A DNA stretch of 63,691 nucleotides, the filler included, from Hyphochytrium catenoides (Eukaryota > Protista > Hyphochytriomycota): the NCBI GenBank assembly GCA_900088475.1. It is 15 parts of 15 records of this genome, joined end to end, with 100 filler letters (N's around TTAATTAATTAA, not from the genome) between each part and the next. Parts side by side here need not be neighbours in the genome. Positions count along the whole stretch, not along the records: positions 35,237 to 37,623 come from FLMG01000957.1; positions 37,724 to 43,350 come from FLMG01001305.1; positions 43,451 to 52,440 come from FLMG01004126.1; 12 more parts are not named here. One strand, 5' to 3'. Below are positions 35,237 through 49,092 of the stretch, piece by piece. The notes below the pieces were generated by a model. The model saw nothing but the letters and a program-made list of their open reading frames with translations. It was not told where the DNA came from and searched no databases. Position 1 is the stretch's first letter; each line of letters begins with the position of its first letter. Both the position numbers and the translations under genes were made by a program.

Positions 35237-36490
35237 AAAAGCCGTCTGATGAAAGAATAAGGACAGAAGAACGAGGCAAACGAAGACTTCCTTGGGACAG
35301 AAGAGAGAGAGGCAGCATTAATGTCAAAAGAACCTAAGGTATTCACTGGGAAAGTAGGAGGGAAAAGGTATGGAAAGCAATGTGCAATGTTTGGCAGCAG
35401 AGAGCGAAAGACCGCAGAAGACAGCAAAGAAAGAGCCAGAAGTCGACTGATGAAAGAAAGAGGACATAAAAGCGAGGCAAACGAAGACTTCCTTGTGACA
35501 GAAGAGAGAGAGGCAGCAGAGAAAAATATTGTTCTATCTACGACGAAAGAGAGATGGAGAGAGAAAGAGAGATATAAATGAAAAGCTGAATGGGGGCACA
35601 TCGTATCAGAGAGACGGGATAGCGGGAAGAGTGAAGGAAAAAACGAATCCAAGGCGTAGGAGAGGGAAGAGACCAAAGGGAAGTGATGGTAGGACTACAG
35701 AGAAGTATCTTTGAGAGCCAGGGAGAGTCAGGGAAAGCGAGAGGAAGAGATTCAGAGAGCCGCAGAAAGAGCAAATATAGCAGAACTGTTAATGTCTAAA
35801 GAACCTAAGGTATTCACTAGGAAAGTAGGAGGGAAAGGGTATGGAAAGCAATGTGCAATGTTTGGCAGCAGAAGAGAGCGAAAGACCGCAGAAGACAGCA
35901 AAGAAAGAGCTAGAAGCCGACTGATGAAAGAAAGAGGACATAAAAGCGAGGCAAACGAAGACTTCCTTGTGACAGAAGAGAGAGAGGCAGCAGAGAACAT
36001 ATTGTTCTATCTACGAAAAAAGAGAGAGGGAGAGAGAAAGAGAGAGAGAAAAGAAAGCTGAATGGGGGCACATCGTATCAGAGAGACGGGATAGTGGGAA
36101 GAGTGAAGGAAAAATCGAGTCCAAGGCGTAGGAGAGGGAAGAGACCAAAGGGAAGTGATGGTAGGACTACAGAGAAGTATCTTTGAGAGCCAGAGAGAGT
36201 CATGGAAAGCGAGAGGAAGAGATTCAGAGAGCCGCGGAAAGAGCAAAATATAGCAGAACTGTTAATGTCAAAAGAACCTAAGGTATTCACTAGGAAAGTA
36301 GGAGGGAAAGGTTATGGAAAGCAATGTGCAATGTTTGGCAGCAGAGCGAAAGACCGGAGAAGACCGCAAAGAAAGAGCCAGAAGCCGACTGATGAAAGAA
36401 AGAGGACATAAAAGCGAGGCAAACGAAGACTTCCTTGGGACAGAAGAGAGAGGGGCAGCAGAGAAAAATATTGTTCTATCTACGAAAAGA
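35237..36490 (+). repeat. Tandem repeat with ~472-bp unit, about 2.5 copies plus a partial
   Basis: TAATGTC(A/T)AAAGAACCTAAGGTATTCACT recurs at about 35319, 35790 and 36262, with colinear flanks. Confidence 0.92.
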
Positions 36491-36622
36491 ATGTTGAGAG
36501 AGAAAGGGTGGGGAGGAAGAACAGAGATGGCCGCAAAGACCAAGTGTCAGCAGAGGGGGACAGCAGGGGAGAGAGAAGACAGGAAAGGAGGCGAGAGAGA
36601 GAGAGGGAGAGAAAGGGAAGGT

Positions 36623-36667
<45 letters not shown>

Positions 36668-39600
36668 GAAGAGAGGGAGAGAGAGGGAGGGTGAGAGGAG
36701 GGAGAGAGGGAGGGTAAGAAAAGAGAGAGAGAGGGAGGGTGAGAACGGACGGCCAGAGGATTGACGAATAATTAAGGAAGGGGAGAGGAATAGAGATCAT
36801 GACTGCGCTCTCCCACCTTCCAGAATAATATCGCAAGGAGAGCAGCCTAGAACCTCCGCAGTTTGGCTGTTGGCCAGATTCAAAGATGCGCATTGCTAGG
36901 GAAAATCAAGAAGGCGAACTTTGGCGGAGCATAGGCGGAGCGACCCCAGAATAAGAATCAGAGGAACAAGAAGATGGTCAAAAGAGAGAAAGAGACGACA
37001 AGACAAATAAAGGCTTTACACAGAGAGGGGGAGAAGAAAGCTCCGAAAGGGAAGAAACAGAGTGTGGAAGGAGAGGGAAGGAAAAGAAGGAGCAATCAAG
37101 CAAGTTTCAAGACGGTAGAACTACAACCCACAACCAGGTATTATAACATGAGAGAATGAGAAAAAGGCGGCATAATAATATGAAGAGGGTATTGGTAGTC
37201 ACTTACGAGGGGTGTAGACATGATACCTGTAATTATTACAGGCTGAGAATTGAAGGACAGCAATGTCGACAGATTGCGCAGTGTTCTGACCAAAAATTAC
37301 AAATACGCGAGAGAGAGTTAGGGCGAAGGGGGGGACGACAGAGAGAAGAAAAACTATTATTAGAACTACCAATATGGCGTGTATTGTATCTTCTTGCTCA
37401 TGGTAGAATGACGGGTCCCTGATACAATGGAATATTTAATTCTAGAACCATAGCAAAAGAGACAGGAGCGGCATGGTGCACTTGTTTCGCAGCTGGCCAC
37501 ACACAAGCACCAAACAGGCAGATATTTTGAAGCGTCCATCGTCACGTTGATAGATTTATTAGGGGTTCCTAGAGAGTGTAAGAGGGGGAGAGTGAAGAAG
37601 AGGGAGGGTGAAGGAGAGAGCGTNNNNNNNNNNNNNNNNNNNNNNNNNNNNNNNNNNNNNNNNNNNNTTAATTAATTAANNNNNNNNNNNNNNNNNNNNN
37701 NNNNNNNNNNNNNNNNNNNNNNNGCGATCTTGGAGTGAGAGATCAAGACGCAGGAGGACCAAGACTTTCCGCTCTCTTTTTTTCTCGATTTTTGAGCTTT
37801 TTACTCCATCGATCTTCGCGTTAGCCTGCGCATTATTGTCGGCAGAAATCTATCTCTTTGCTCGGGTCTTCTGAAATATAATGGTGATCAGCTCCGTGAT
37901 GGTGATGTGCGCTCTGTGATGCAGCCAGTCCGCTCATTTATGCGTGATTTGCCTTGGCTAAGCCGACATAGATTTAGTAGAGAATGCAAAGCTGCACCAA
38001 GAGATCAGGTAGATGGCTTTTAGAGTACTTAGAGCTGAACAAGCAATTAACGAATTGCGCTCATGATCAAACGCTCTGTATTGTGGCTGCGTACCTTCGG
38101 CTATCTTTCCGTCGTCGTGCTTACGCAAAAAAGCTTTCCACCACGGGCACGTAGCTGCATAACGAGTACCATTTTGCAACGGTGGGAAAGAGAATATCAC
38201 AGAAGATAGAATGAAGAAGTATTACGCCGCACATACATCACCGTCATATAAAGGTCATTGGTGTGCGCGTGTGCTACAGGTCCTGAAAAAATGCAGAAGA
38301 AAGGACCGCGTGCGCCGGACTGGTCCTAGGTGTATATTGTTCCCTAGCTTTGTCTTCCTCCTTCACCTGTCACTTTGCCTCTTGATAGTAACCCGCCGCA
38401 GCCGCAGCAACTGATAGTCAATGCCGATTCTATAGGACGTCCTAGTCTCTGCCCGCTTCCCGCCTTGCCTATTGTCCTTGTAGCTTACATCCCGACGATT
38501 TACTGAGCATATCGGCCATTTGCAAGGAGGATCTTGTTGGAACAATGGCGAAGTAAGGAGATCTATTCTACGACAGGCTGCAAAGCTGCCGGTCATCAAC
38601 TATCGGCATCCATTTACTACCACTATACTGTTGCTCCTCTGCTCACCGAAAGCTTGGTAGTATGGGATTATTTTGATCCGTTGAGAGACGACGGGCTTTC
38701 CATGCTTTCCTCTGGAGCTGACTGTAAAAGATTGACGAGCACAGAGCCAGTGGGATCAGCTCAATTAGTGGTTAGTAGTAGCAGTATCCTCTATGCAGTG
38801 ACAGGAGCAACGCTTTTGACTACCGGCAGTAGGCTCACCACATAGCGAAACTTAAGCAGCTACACCTATCCTTCCTCCTGGCCCCAGTGTAAGGTAAGAA
38901 GACCAACGGGTCTTGGAGGAGAATGAAAGTTGCTTTGTCTGTATCTTAGCTGGCCAGGCCTCCTCAGTTCACACAAGCTCCAGGCAGAGGAAGACTCGCG
39001 GGATCGCGTGAAGCAAGTAACCCGAGCCGTAGAGAAATGTGGGGAATATAAGAGGGAAGGAAAGAGTTTCCCTGGAGAGAGAACCAGTCACCTGAGATTG
39101 CAAAGATGATAGACATAGTAATAAGCAAGAGAGATTGGATCAAGAGGCTATTATAAGAACATCCAAAGAGGAAGAGAGCAGAAAGTGAAAGTGAAAGAAC
39201 GAACATTTATCCTTCACTAGAGGCATTCCTCTTGACTCTTCTTCTAGTCAGGACTCCTTACTACCAGTCCTGAGGGTACTGTCAAAGAGGAGACCCCGTA
39301 TGCCATACACCGGCCGATCGTCGCCCGGCCCTATCCGGCGGTCCAGTGGTGGCCACTAGGGATGATGTGCCTCTGCTAGGGAGTACACATATAACACCCC
39401 AGATCTAGCTTTTAACTATGAACATCTACCCATACCCCAAAGTGCTTAGACTCCGTCAAAATGAGACTTCGATAAGTCCTGAGATGTAGGTGACGTCTGT
39501 CCTGACTCTATTGGCGCACTATATCTCATTATCAAGCTATTCCATACCCATTCATTGGCCCTTCGTGGGCAGACATGCTCCCGCAAGCTCCCCCCATTTC

Positions 39601-42600
39601 AGTCGTTTGAGAGGAGCCGCCTTGAAACTGTGGCCAGCAAAGTAAGCGGATGCGGTTCTGGGAAAACAGGTTCTTCTGGGAATGAGCGTAACATGTGCGC
39701 CACACCTTGTGGTAATCTTCAGTCGTATCATGACAGGCGGTAATGATAAGGATGGCTGCACACACGGTTTACAATGGTATCATCAGACGACACTCGCTGT
39801 TTTTTGCAGCTCTTATCAATTTTGCTCGTCCTCGTAGAGACACCGCTATGCCAGGCAAACTCCAAAGAAGATATGGGGATGAGGCGGCGCAAATAAGCTT
39901 TTAGCTTCGGACGAACCCTAACTACTCCTTCTGACCCAGAATCTAGTAGGGGCAGCTCTAAGGTACAACCTTGATTGACTAGCACTTTTTTTGCTGAGTG
40001 CCTAATGCAACAATAACACTTCTTAGCACCTGGCAGGCTTAGTGATGTCAACCTCGACAGTCACTCTGACAGACTACCTAAGCGTCAATGACCTGCTTAT
40101 CCTTAAGCACCTCTCCGCCAGCCACACAGATCATCTCTCCAGAACCGGCAATAATAGTTCTCTGCCTCCCCATACCAGCCAGAACATAACCAGACCAATC
40201 GTTGCTTCGTCTCACAGATAGTCTTGCCCACATCACGCTAACTTACTCATACACGTTCACGTCCATTCAAGTCCAATCCGGCTCTAGAAGAAGAGTTACC
40301 TGGAACAGCCCTTCGAGGTTGCGGCACGAGAGAAATGGTAAGCCTGTTCACGGACTGAGCGACACTCCCTATATTTGTTGGGCAGGACATCAATCATGAA
40401 TGAAGACTTACGCATGAGCATAATACTTGCTCCTGCACCTCACATCGAAACCTTTTGCTTATAAACGTTTCCTCATCATGGAAGGTCCAGTCATTTGTCC
40501 GGTCCACCACTTCGTCTTCCCAACAAGGAAATGAGAGAAGGGAATGTCTCCTTTTTTTGAAGGCCCTTATTTTTACTAGTCTTTCAGATTTTCTGTCTCT
40601 CCTAGATAGCAGGAACTGTTACGGTCACTTGGTGGTCTAGAGACAGGACAACGAGGCAGAGGATGCAATCACATGAGCTCGCACTACCCTCGACCGACCG
40701 ATACGGTAACAGGGTTGCGAAGAGCACACAAACGGAAGCTGTGACCTGGAGCCCGACCTAGTGGTTTCATTGACAAGAGTGCAACAATAACGGTTTAGGC
40801 CCGGCCCGCTGATAGTACAATTACTATTATCCTTCTTTGATACCGGCCCCTAGACCTCTTCTTCGTCTCACTGACCGACAACCAACGACCAAAGGCCATA
40901 ACAGTAACTCCTAAGCCATCCACCGTTATTGGGAGTCTCCAGGAGGCGGCGCGGCATTATTGCCTTCACTGCATTTGTGGGCGGCCGTTGCTGTCGAGAC
41001 TTTAGACAATCAGAAACAGGAAGATGCATGAGGGAATAATCAATCCGCGATTAAAGCTTGAAGAGAATGAAGGTTTGGAAAGAAACAAGGCTTTAGAGAT
41101 GAGAATGAGTCATGGGTTTCAGCTTGCTTAGGCTGGAGCGCTTACTACGGGGGCAGGCTGGTGACGGCCCTTCTGTCTCTCCGTGTGTCGTCCTCCAGAC
41201 TTAGCCCGATCATTAGACTCGCTTCAATAAATGAGGGATAGAGAGTCACATCACTAGTAGGGAGGTTGCACTGCCAGATCTAGTGGGCGCTCTTGCTGCC
41301 TGGTTGCCTGTACCCTTGGGGAGTTACCTCTACATAATAGTCAAAATTGGAGGAGACACTGGTATCAACTGAGCAGTGTGGAGAGAATAATGATAGTGCA
41401 TCACATTAAGAAGATAGCAGGGAACCTGATACTTACATGTTCTGCACAAACAGTGGTCTCGTCGTTAGCGTGCAGGGGCGACAGGGGTCCAATGGTAGTA
41501 TTATGATGATGGGTGTCGGCTATGTCGGTGTACAGGTAGAGCTCTCATGGGCTTTGTTTCGGAGTTGCCGCGCTGGTGCCGGATGGGGTTAGAGGAGGAG
41601 AGAGCATATTTCAGTTGCTCGTGGCGCGGAAAGTTGCCTTACTTTCCGTATGTAGGCTGTCGAGGTCGTCTGGTTTATTAGCTGAATAGTCCTTTATATA
41701 CACAATGTCGATGGCCGCCGCTTGCTGCTGTGAGACCGAGCTATTAGAATAATGATAGCCTGGGAAGTGCTGACAAAGATCCAAAGCAGACCATTATAAA
41801 GGTTGTCGCAATCTGACCAAGCAGTGCTAAATATCTGATTGATGGATAGTAGAAGCTGACTAGAACATCTAAAGAAGCCTGCAAACTGAACAAGTTCATA
41901 ATTCAAAAAGGAACCGTACAGCTGGACTAGCCATCACCAAGCTCCCGCAGCTAGGAATGACCACCAGATAGAGAAGGGCCTTAGAAGGCGCAGCCGAGAG
42001 GAGTCATCAACCGTGGGAAGTATCAGAGAACACTTCTGTTTTCGGCATCAGCAAGTAAATCAAGGACGAATTGCAAAGCATTAGGAGGACGGCAAGGAGT
42101 TGAAGGAGAGACTGTCAGATTTGCAGCAACCGACTTTCCCGTCTCCATCCCTTGCCTTGACAGGTACAGCGGGCAGGTGGAGAGAGCACTAGCTCACGCT
42201 TGTAAGCAAGTCAGGTTCTTCGTAGGAGAAGTTATAGGATCATGCGAGGTCATTGGTGTCGTGTAAGGACGTTGGAAGGTTTTCTCTACCCATGACTCGA
42301 TAGTTGATGACTGTCCTATCATATCATGATGAGTATACTAGAATAGAAGAAAAGCCTATTTCTCTCATTATTCTCCATCCCCTGGCTTATCACACAGGGA
42401 AGCGGAGTGCAAGCAATATGTCCTCAACAATCAAACAAAGAAGTCTGCTGGTCATTTTACTTTCATTGGTCCTGGAAGAGACTTTGCAGCTTCGTCTTTG
42501 CTCCTCGTCACCTGTTAGAGGTGATTACCTTAGCATTGACAATGACTGAATAATGGCCACCCCTAAATCACATCATGTGGTCGGACCGAGGTTATTCACA

Positions 42601-43240
42601 TTCAGTCACAAGCTTTCTCGTTGACCCATCCATTGTATGCCTGCACAGCCCTATTACTAACACCAGCTGGAGACTTGAAAGATTTATAGACCTGGACGAG
42701 CACTCGGTGACCATGCCGAACGCCATCGAAAAATAGGCATCATGAAACAGCTGCGTGACTCAGTCTTGAGATAGGAAAGAAGTATCTGTGCATCATTGTT
42801 AACCTCTAAGACCGTTTGAGTCATAGGAGTAAGACGATAGGGCGAGGGATGAGTATCAGCTGTCGCTTCAGAGTAGACAACACAAAGAGAATACACGCGT
42901 GCGGTGTGCTCAGCGATACCGAATGATAAAGAAGAACAGGTAAGTGAACAACCATGAAGGTCTACAATGTCTGACCCTAGCCATCAGTGTTAGCATAGTT
43001 CACGAGCTAGGTCACCAAGATCCAGGACAAGGTGGGAAATTAATACAAAGGCAGAAGAAAAGGGAAGGAAATGATGCCAGAGTAGCAGCGAGCTTCAAAA
43101 CGGGAAGAAAGAGTTGTCGAATGTCCCTAAAGTAGTCTTTCATTATCAGTCTTTTACTTGGAGTTAGACGTAAACTAAACTCACTCTTACTTGTAGATAG
43201 CTGTTCATTATCGAGAAATCATTGACAAGCAGTTATAGTT

Positions 43241-43344
43241 CTACCCCTGCCGGATCTGGCTGGCATGACAAGGCACATGACACTACTTTCTTGTGAAGAT
43301 GGTTCATCTACCTTGCCATGACAGCCAGACCAGGCAGGAGTGGG
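43241..43344. repeat. Imperfect ~33-bp inverted repeat (hairpin/MITE-like)
   Basis: CTACCCCTGCCGGATCTGGCTGGCATGACAAGG ... CCTTGCCATGACAGCCAGACCAGGCAGGAGTGGG. Confidence 0.75.
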
Positions 43345-45564
43345 GCCGCANNNNNNNNNNNNNNNNNNNNNNNNNNNNNNNNNNNNNNNNNNNNTTAATT
43401 AATTAANNNNNNNNNNNNNNNNNNNNNNNNNNNNNNNNNNNNNNNNNNNNGGTTCCACATCCTTACATCCTTACAACAAACTCTCCTTTGTTGTTGTTCA
43501 GTGGCCCTCCTCAGAGGGAGTGTGTCATTGATTTGACCACCTGCTCTTGATCCCTCCTGTGCCGTCGTCAGAAGCCTACAGAGAAGTCGTTGATTATTAC
43601 AAGGACAAAATAGCAAGCACCTAAATCCCGACGGACCCCCCTGACATAAAGAGGAATGCCAGGAACAAGGAGCCACCGAGTGATAAGATTGTCAGGGTTA
43701 ACTACCCAGAGAATTGTAGGAAGAAGGAACGGTAGACGAAGAGAAAGAAGAAGACAAGAGCAAGTAGGATTGGAGTTGTTGTGAAAGACGGAAGTCCCAG
43801 CCAGAAGAGAGTAGTAGATTAGTAGTAGGACCTAGTGTCTGAACAAAACAACTTACCACGGACGTGGGGTGGTGGTGGTAAAGTAGAAAAATTACCCACC
43901 GCCAATTGCTGGGGGGAGGAAAAACGAGAGACAGAGGTTGAGACAAAGCAAGAAGATGAAGATAGGTAAGAATATCAGTCCATGCAGCAAGCTTTGGGAG
44001 AAGAGTAAAGAGATCGGCCAAAAAAGCATACTATACCTTTAGTGCATTCAGAAAGTTGGTGTGCAACTGTCTGGCAGCTGCTGTTACTGCATTTTCATCC
44101 AATAAGCTCCCTTTGCAAATTTTGAAAGAGGTCGGGGGAAAGGCCATCTTCCCTGACTCTAAGGTCAGAAGAAGGATGCATCCACTTGTGTTAGTGGAGC
44201 AGGACAACAGGGAGAGGAGAAGAGAGGACGATAAAGGAAGAGGAAAGGCAACTACTACTCGCGCTCTTTCTTTCTCCCTTAAATGAGCAAACACACCAAG
44301 AAAAGAAGACCTAGAATACTAATAATGAGCGGTGGTACCACAGCGAATTAATGATGATGATTAAAAGAGAACTGGCGATGAGAAGACCAAGCGAGTACAC
44401 ATATAGAATGGCGACCTGAGAATGGCAATGAGACCATTATTCACTACTTACCATAAATGCCAGCACCGATGGGCTCAATTTCCTCTTCCTGCGCCTCTGG
44501 TGGAGGACCTGGGTCTTCTACCCAAAGCTCAGCCCGACAGAGGTGGATGAGTTCAATTAAGGTTTTTGGGTCGCTGAGATCCATCATTGGAGGCACTGCT
44601 GGTGGTGGTGAATTCCACTCCTCCTGATCACCTCCCCCCGCCCATCGTGGCCTTCTCCTCCTTTTGGAAGTACCAGAGGAGGTACAGATTTAGCACCTCC
44701 CCTACTAGGCCCCGGTAGGCATCGGAAATTCGCGCCACTCTAACCTCCAACTCATCCATAAACCGCTTCCTAACGAGCGCTATCTGGGTGGGCGAGAGCC
44801 AATCCTCGCCAACAGGGATGGGGAAAAGACTGCTTTCCAGGCCCATTTTTAGAACCTGCTCTCTCTGGACGACGTAATTTTCGCCGCTCTTTATCAACGG
44901 ACGGGTAAGGTCATCAACTTTAGGAGACGGAGCAGCTTGTACTGTATATTTTAGAAGACGGAGCAGCTTGTACTGAACTTAGTCAAGGAGTTAACCGGAG
45001 GCGTTGAAGATTGTAGCAGAGTCCGGTTAGTTCCTTGACTAAGTTCTTTAACGTCCTCCGGGTTGCGGGCCGCGAGGGACATCGCCGGGGGCGAGGGGGT
45101 GTTCCCCCGCCTGACTTTATCACCACCCTCATTCGCCGCCGTGGCTTGAAGGCTCCGCCATCGTGGGTCTTCATAGTGAAAGGGTCGGAGCCTATCTTTG
45201 TGGTGGTTGGGCTGGAGAAGGCGAAATTGGAAATGAGCCAAGTGGTTAGAAGTGGACTGCTATCTATTGTCTCAAGTAGCAATGGAACGCAGTAGCAGGC
45301 CTGAGTTGCCAACAGAAAGGTGAAGGTGGAAGAGAAGGAGGCAACCAGTGCTGATTTAAGATCGTCAACAAACCTCACCAAGCAAAACCCGACCGCCTCT
45401 AGATTGATTTGGACGAGTCGAATTTCAATTTTCGATTGACTCATCGCTCCCGCAAACGAATTTCGTTCGTTTGAAAGGAGCGAAATTAATTTAGAAACGG
45501 CTGTAGTAGTAATGCCTCTTCTCGGTAAATGCTCTCTGTTGTAGAAGAAGAATTGTCCGTGATC

Positions 45565-45700
45565 ACCATGCAGCGCTCGAGGCTGGCTACGTTGCTAGAT
45601 TAAGTCATGATGCCAAGCTCGCTCGTTACGCGGAGGAATGTGCGGCAGCAGGATATGGTTTCGTCCCGCTGGTCTGGGAGACATTTGGTGGAGCAGCATA
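45565..45700 (+). mobile_element. Short fragment of a CRE-like REL endonuclease domain
   Basis: Translates HAALEAGYVARLSHDAKLARYAEECAAAGYGFVPLVWETFGGAA, which aligns to YAAINAGY...KKYEGPCQAVGLQFVPLVWKSFGG at about 15.3 kb. Confidence 0.7.
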
Positions 45701-46221
45701 TATACATACACACCGAGGAGATAATAATAAGAAGCTTATTTACCATTTAGCGACCAGGACAGAGGCGTTAGCGGCCTCTCTCACTTCGGATCCGGCAGGA
45801 TATTCCAGCGTGCACCCCAAAACGGCATTCTTGACACTGAAGCTGGGCTATAATTCACATTCTACAAACCAGGTGAAGTAAAATATATGCACTTTCCACT
45901 CTCCTATGGAAACCTCCTGTAGAGTATGGTCAATCCATTTTTCGCATTGTCAAAAATGAAGGTTTACATAGCACAAAGATAGTTCACAGCATATTTGACA
46001 CTCGAGCTTTCTGAAGAAATGTCCTTTTGCAGCTTCATCGAATCTTCAGAATGCTGCAGACTCGTCTCGTTCTGAAGTGGAGATTTGCCAGTCCTTCAGC
46101 AGTAGAGACGTTGAGGCTATCAGAGGCCTACTCGACCCCATTGGATAACTGTAGACATTCGAAGGGTCAACCGCGCCTGACGGACTACTGAGGGTTTTTA
46201 GCCGTTGAACCTAGTGCAGGG

Positions 46222-47635
46222 ATGGGGCGAAGAGAAAGACGATCGGGGTGCAGCGATCATCAAGGGGCGCCAGGGCGGAAGGACGAGGGAAGTAGGCAGG
46301 TCGGCTCACCGCTCTCCCTTCGGCAGTCATTAGAAGGGCTAAAAAACAGTCTACTCGACGCTGTCAAGGGAGAAGTCGGATTGCCAATTGACCCTTCACT
46401 CTTGGAGGTACAGGAGAGGCGACTGCAGGTCCTCCTGGGTCAGATCCTCCTGTCTAAAGCATTGTCATCTTCTAGCAATGGTATCGGCACCGCGAAGCTT
46501 GACGCAGAAGTCTGCTCTTCTAATCTATCAGTAGACGGTTCAGCCTCCTATCCTTTCCCTGGTGCGTCATTTACTTCTCTGTTGACTGCGGACTGGCCAG
46601 ACCATGCCCGCCAGCTGCCCAAGCTTCCTCTGCCGACTCTGTCACAGACCTGCCAGCGGTATCTGCACGTCCTCAAGCCTCTCCTTTCAGCTGCAGAGGT
46701 TGAGAGGGTGAGAGAGTTTGTTCGTGACTTTGAACAGAGTCAGGAAGGACAAGAGCTACAGCGGCGGCTGGAAGAGCTGGATGGAAGGGTCAGTAGAATA
46801 ATAGAAGCTGTCTGCAGTGGTCTCTTCTGCACTTCTCTACCCTTTCTCTGTCTCTTCTCTAGTGCCTCTCACCTACCCTGCTGCCCCTCTTTCTCCTTTC
46901 TCTTTCTCTCTCCATGCCCATCACGGACTCTGGATGTTTGCTTCTTTCTTCCATCTCGCTGCCTGTTTTCTTCGTTCGTTTTGTCTCCATCTTTATCTGT
47001 CTTATCTTTCTCTTCTCTTTGACTTTTCCCGCTGGATCCTTGGTTCTCCTTCTCACTCCTTTCTCTCTCTCTGTAACAGTCTCTGTTCTTTCCTCCTAAC
47101 GACCCTAGCTCTGACCTACTTATCCTCCACACAGCGCTTCTTCTACCTTTCTAGCGTATAAGCGTTAACCTCTCCCTTGTGATGACAATCCCGTTTACTG
47201 ACATACACTGCCTCTCTCCCGGGGCCCTTCTGTCCTCGTAGACCGAGAAGTCCTTCGTAGCGGACTTCTGGCAAGAGATGTATCTAAAAGGGCGGTATCC
47301 TCCGCCTATAAACAGCAATGTAGCGCTAGGGTTCTCTCCGGATCCTACAAGAAAGACGGCTTCTTCTCGCGCCGCCGCTATCCTAGTGTCCTCCGCTAAG
47401 ATGATCCATGACCTGCGCACGGGCCAGCTAGATCCCGATGTAGAGAGAGGGAGGTCCCTCTGTATGGTCCAGCTCTTGCGGATGTTCTCCTCCTCCAGGA
47501 TACCTCTACAAGGTACAGCTTTGGCAGAGTCAGTCTCTCCCTCCCCTCCCTATATCTCCTCCATGCTTGGTCCACGCAGATAGTTGCCTTTTACTCTCTC
47601 TCTCTCTCACTCTCTCTCTCTCTCTTTCTTTCTCC

Positions 47636-47676
<41 letters not shown>

Positions 47677-49036
47677 TCTCTTCCTCTCTCTCTTTCTCTC
47701 TCTCCCTATTGCTCTGCTTTTCAATCACTTTTCTCTGAGCTCGTTTTCGCCTTTAGTCATTCACTTTTTCATTCCTTCTTAACATCTAACTCTCCTGTCC
47801 AGGAATGGATGAGTTGCGCGTCTCTCCGTCCTCCCGGCACGCAATTGTGCTCTATCGAGGGCACATCTGGCGCCTTCCTCTCTTCTTCTCAGACGGCTCA
47901 GCGGTGTCCGAGGAAGAGCTCGAGAGGGAAGTCAGGGCAATCAAGCAGGAAGGCGATACCCTCCCCTTTGGCCCAGGGATCGGCGTGTTCACAGCTTCTG
48001 ATAGAGATGAATGGGCAGAGGCAAGATCTCAGCTTCTACCTTACAATCGGGAAGTGCTCGACGTCGTGGATACAGCTTTGTTGGCAGTCGTTCTTCTATC
48101 TGAACGGGAACTAGAGAGTACATGCAGAAGCTCACAAGCGGGCAGACAGAGCTTCCTCTCTCGGTTCGCGCGAGCCTCTCTTTGTGGAGACGCTCGTAGC
48201 CGCTGGTTTGACAAGAGCTTGCAGCTCATCTTCGCCCCAGACGGGACTTGTGCGGTGAATATGGAACATTCCTGGGGTGATGGCCATACCTTGCAGCGCT
48301 TCATGCATCAGGTTTGCAACGACGAGCTACCTCCTCTCTCTCTCTTCCTTTTACTCCTATTCTAGTGGCCTTTGATGTCCCCACTCTCTTTCCTCGAGAG
48401 CCGGAATCTCCTCGTATTAGCTTCTCGACCGTCTGATTCTCTCTCTCTCTCTCCCTCCTGCATGGTAACGCTATCACTCTTTCTAGCATTGGTGCTGATC
48501 GTCTCTCCCTTGGACGTCAGGTCTACTTCGACTCCATGGGAGTCCCCACGGGCTATAAACCGCTAAAAGGCGCGCCAAAGTCTTGTTCTTGGACTGCCGG
48601 TGAGACATTGCCGCTGCGAGAGAGACTGGAGTGGAAGCTGCCCCAAGGAGTGATAGAGAAGCTACCAGGAGCAGGTACGAGTCAACCTCTGCCATCGCGT
48701 ATCTCCTGCTTCTTCCTCTACACCGTCACACATCTTCCTTCTTCGTTCTCAATGCCGATGTCTTCTTTGAGAATAAAAAGATAAACTTCTCAAGAGACGG
48801 GCTGTTACTTCTTCTTCCTTCTGCTCTGTCAACGTCCGTCAAGTACCGCAGGCTCTCCGTCCAGTGGCGTCTCTCTCTCTCTGTGTCTGTCTAGTTACCC
48901 ATCTATAAACACTCCTCTTCCTTTCCTTTATCCTTCTCGAACTCTCTCTCCACTCTCTCTCGCCTTTGCAAACCACTTCTCTCTCTATTTTTCCCTATCC
49001 TCCACTACCCTCTCGCTCCTTTCTCCCTCCCTCTCT

Positions 49037-49092
<56 letters not shown>

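Noticed and set aside
35447-35492. Hammerhead ribozyme (CTGATGA...GAA) in the 472-bp repeat
   Set aside because: No stem II pairing and no GAAA-stem III-NUH geometry.
37724-43350. Gene or retroelement in this contig
   Set aside because: All frames are repeatedly interrupted, and no motif or consistent exon chain could be built by eye.
43451-45444. ORF chain on the minus strand
   Set aside because: No recognisable domain, and the splice versus pseudogene interpretation is ambiguous.
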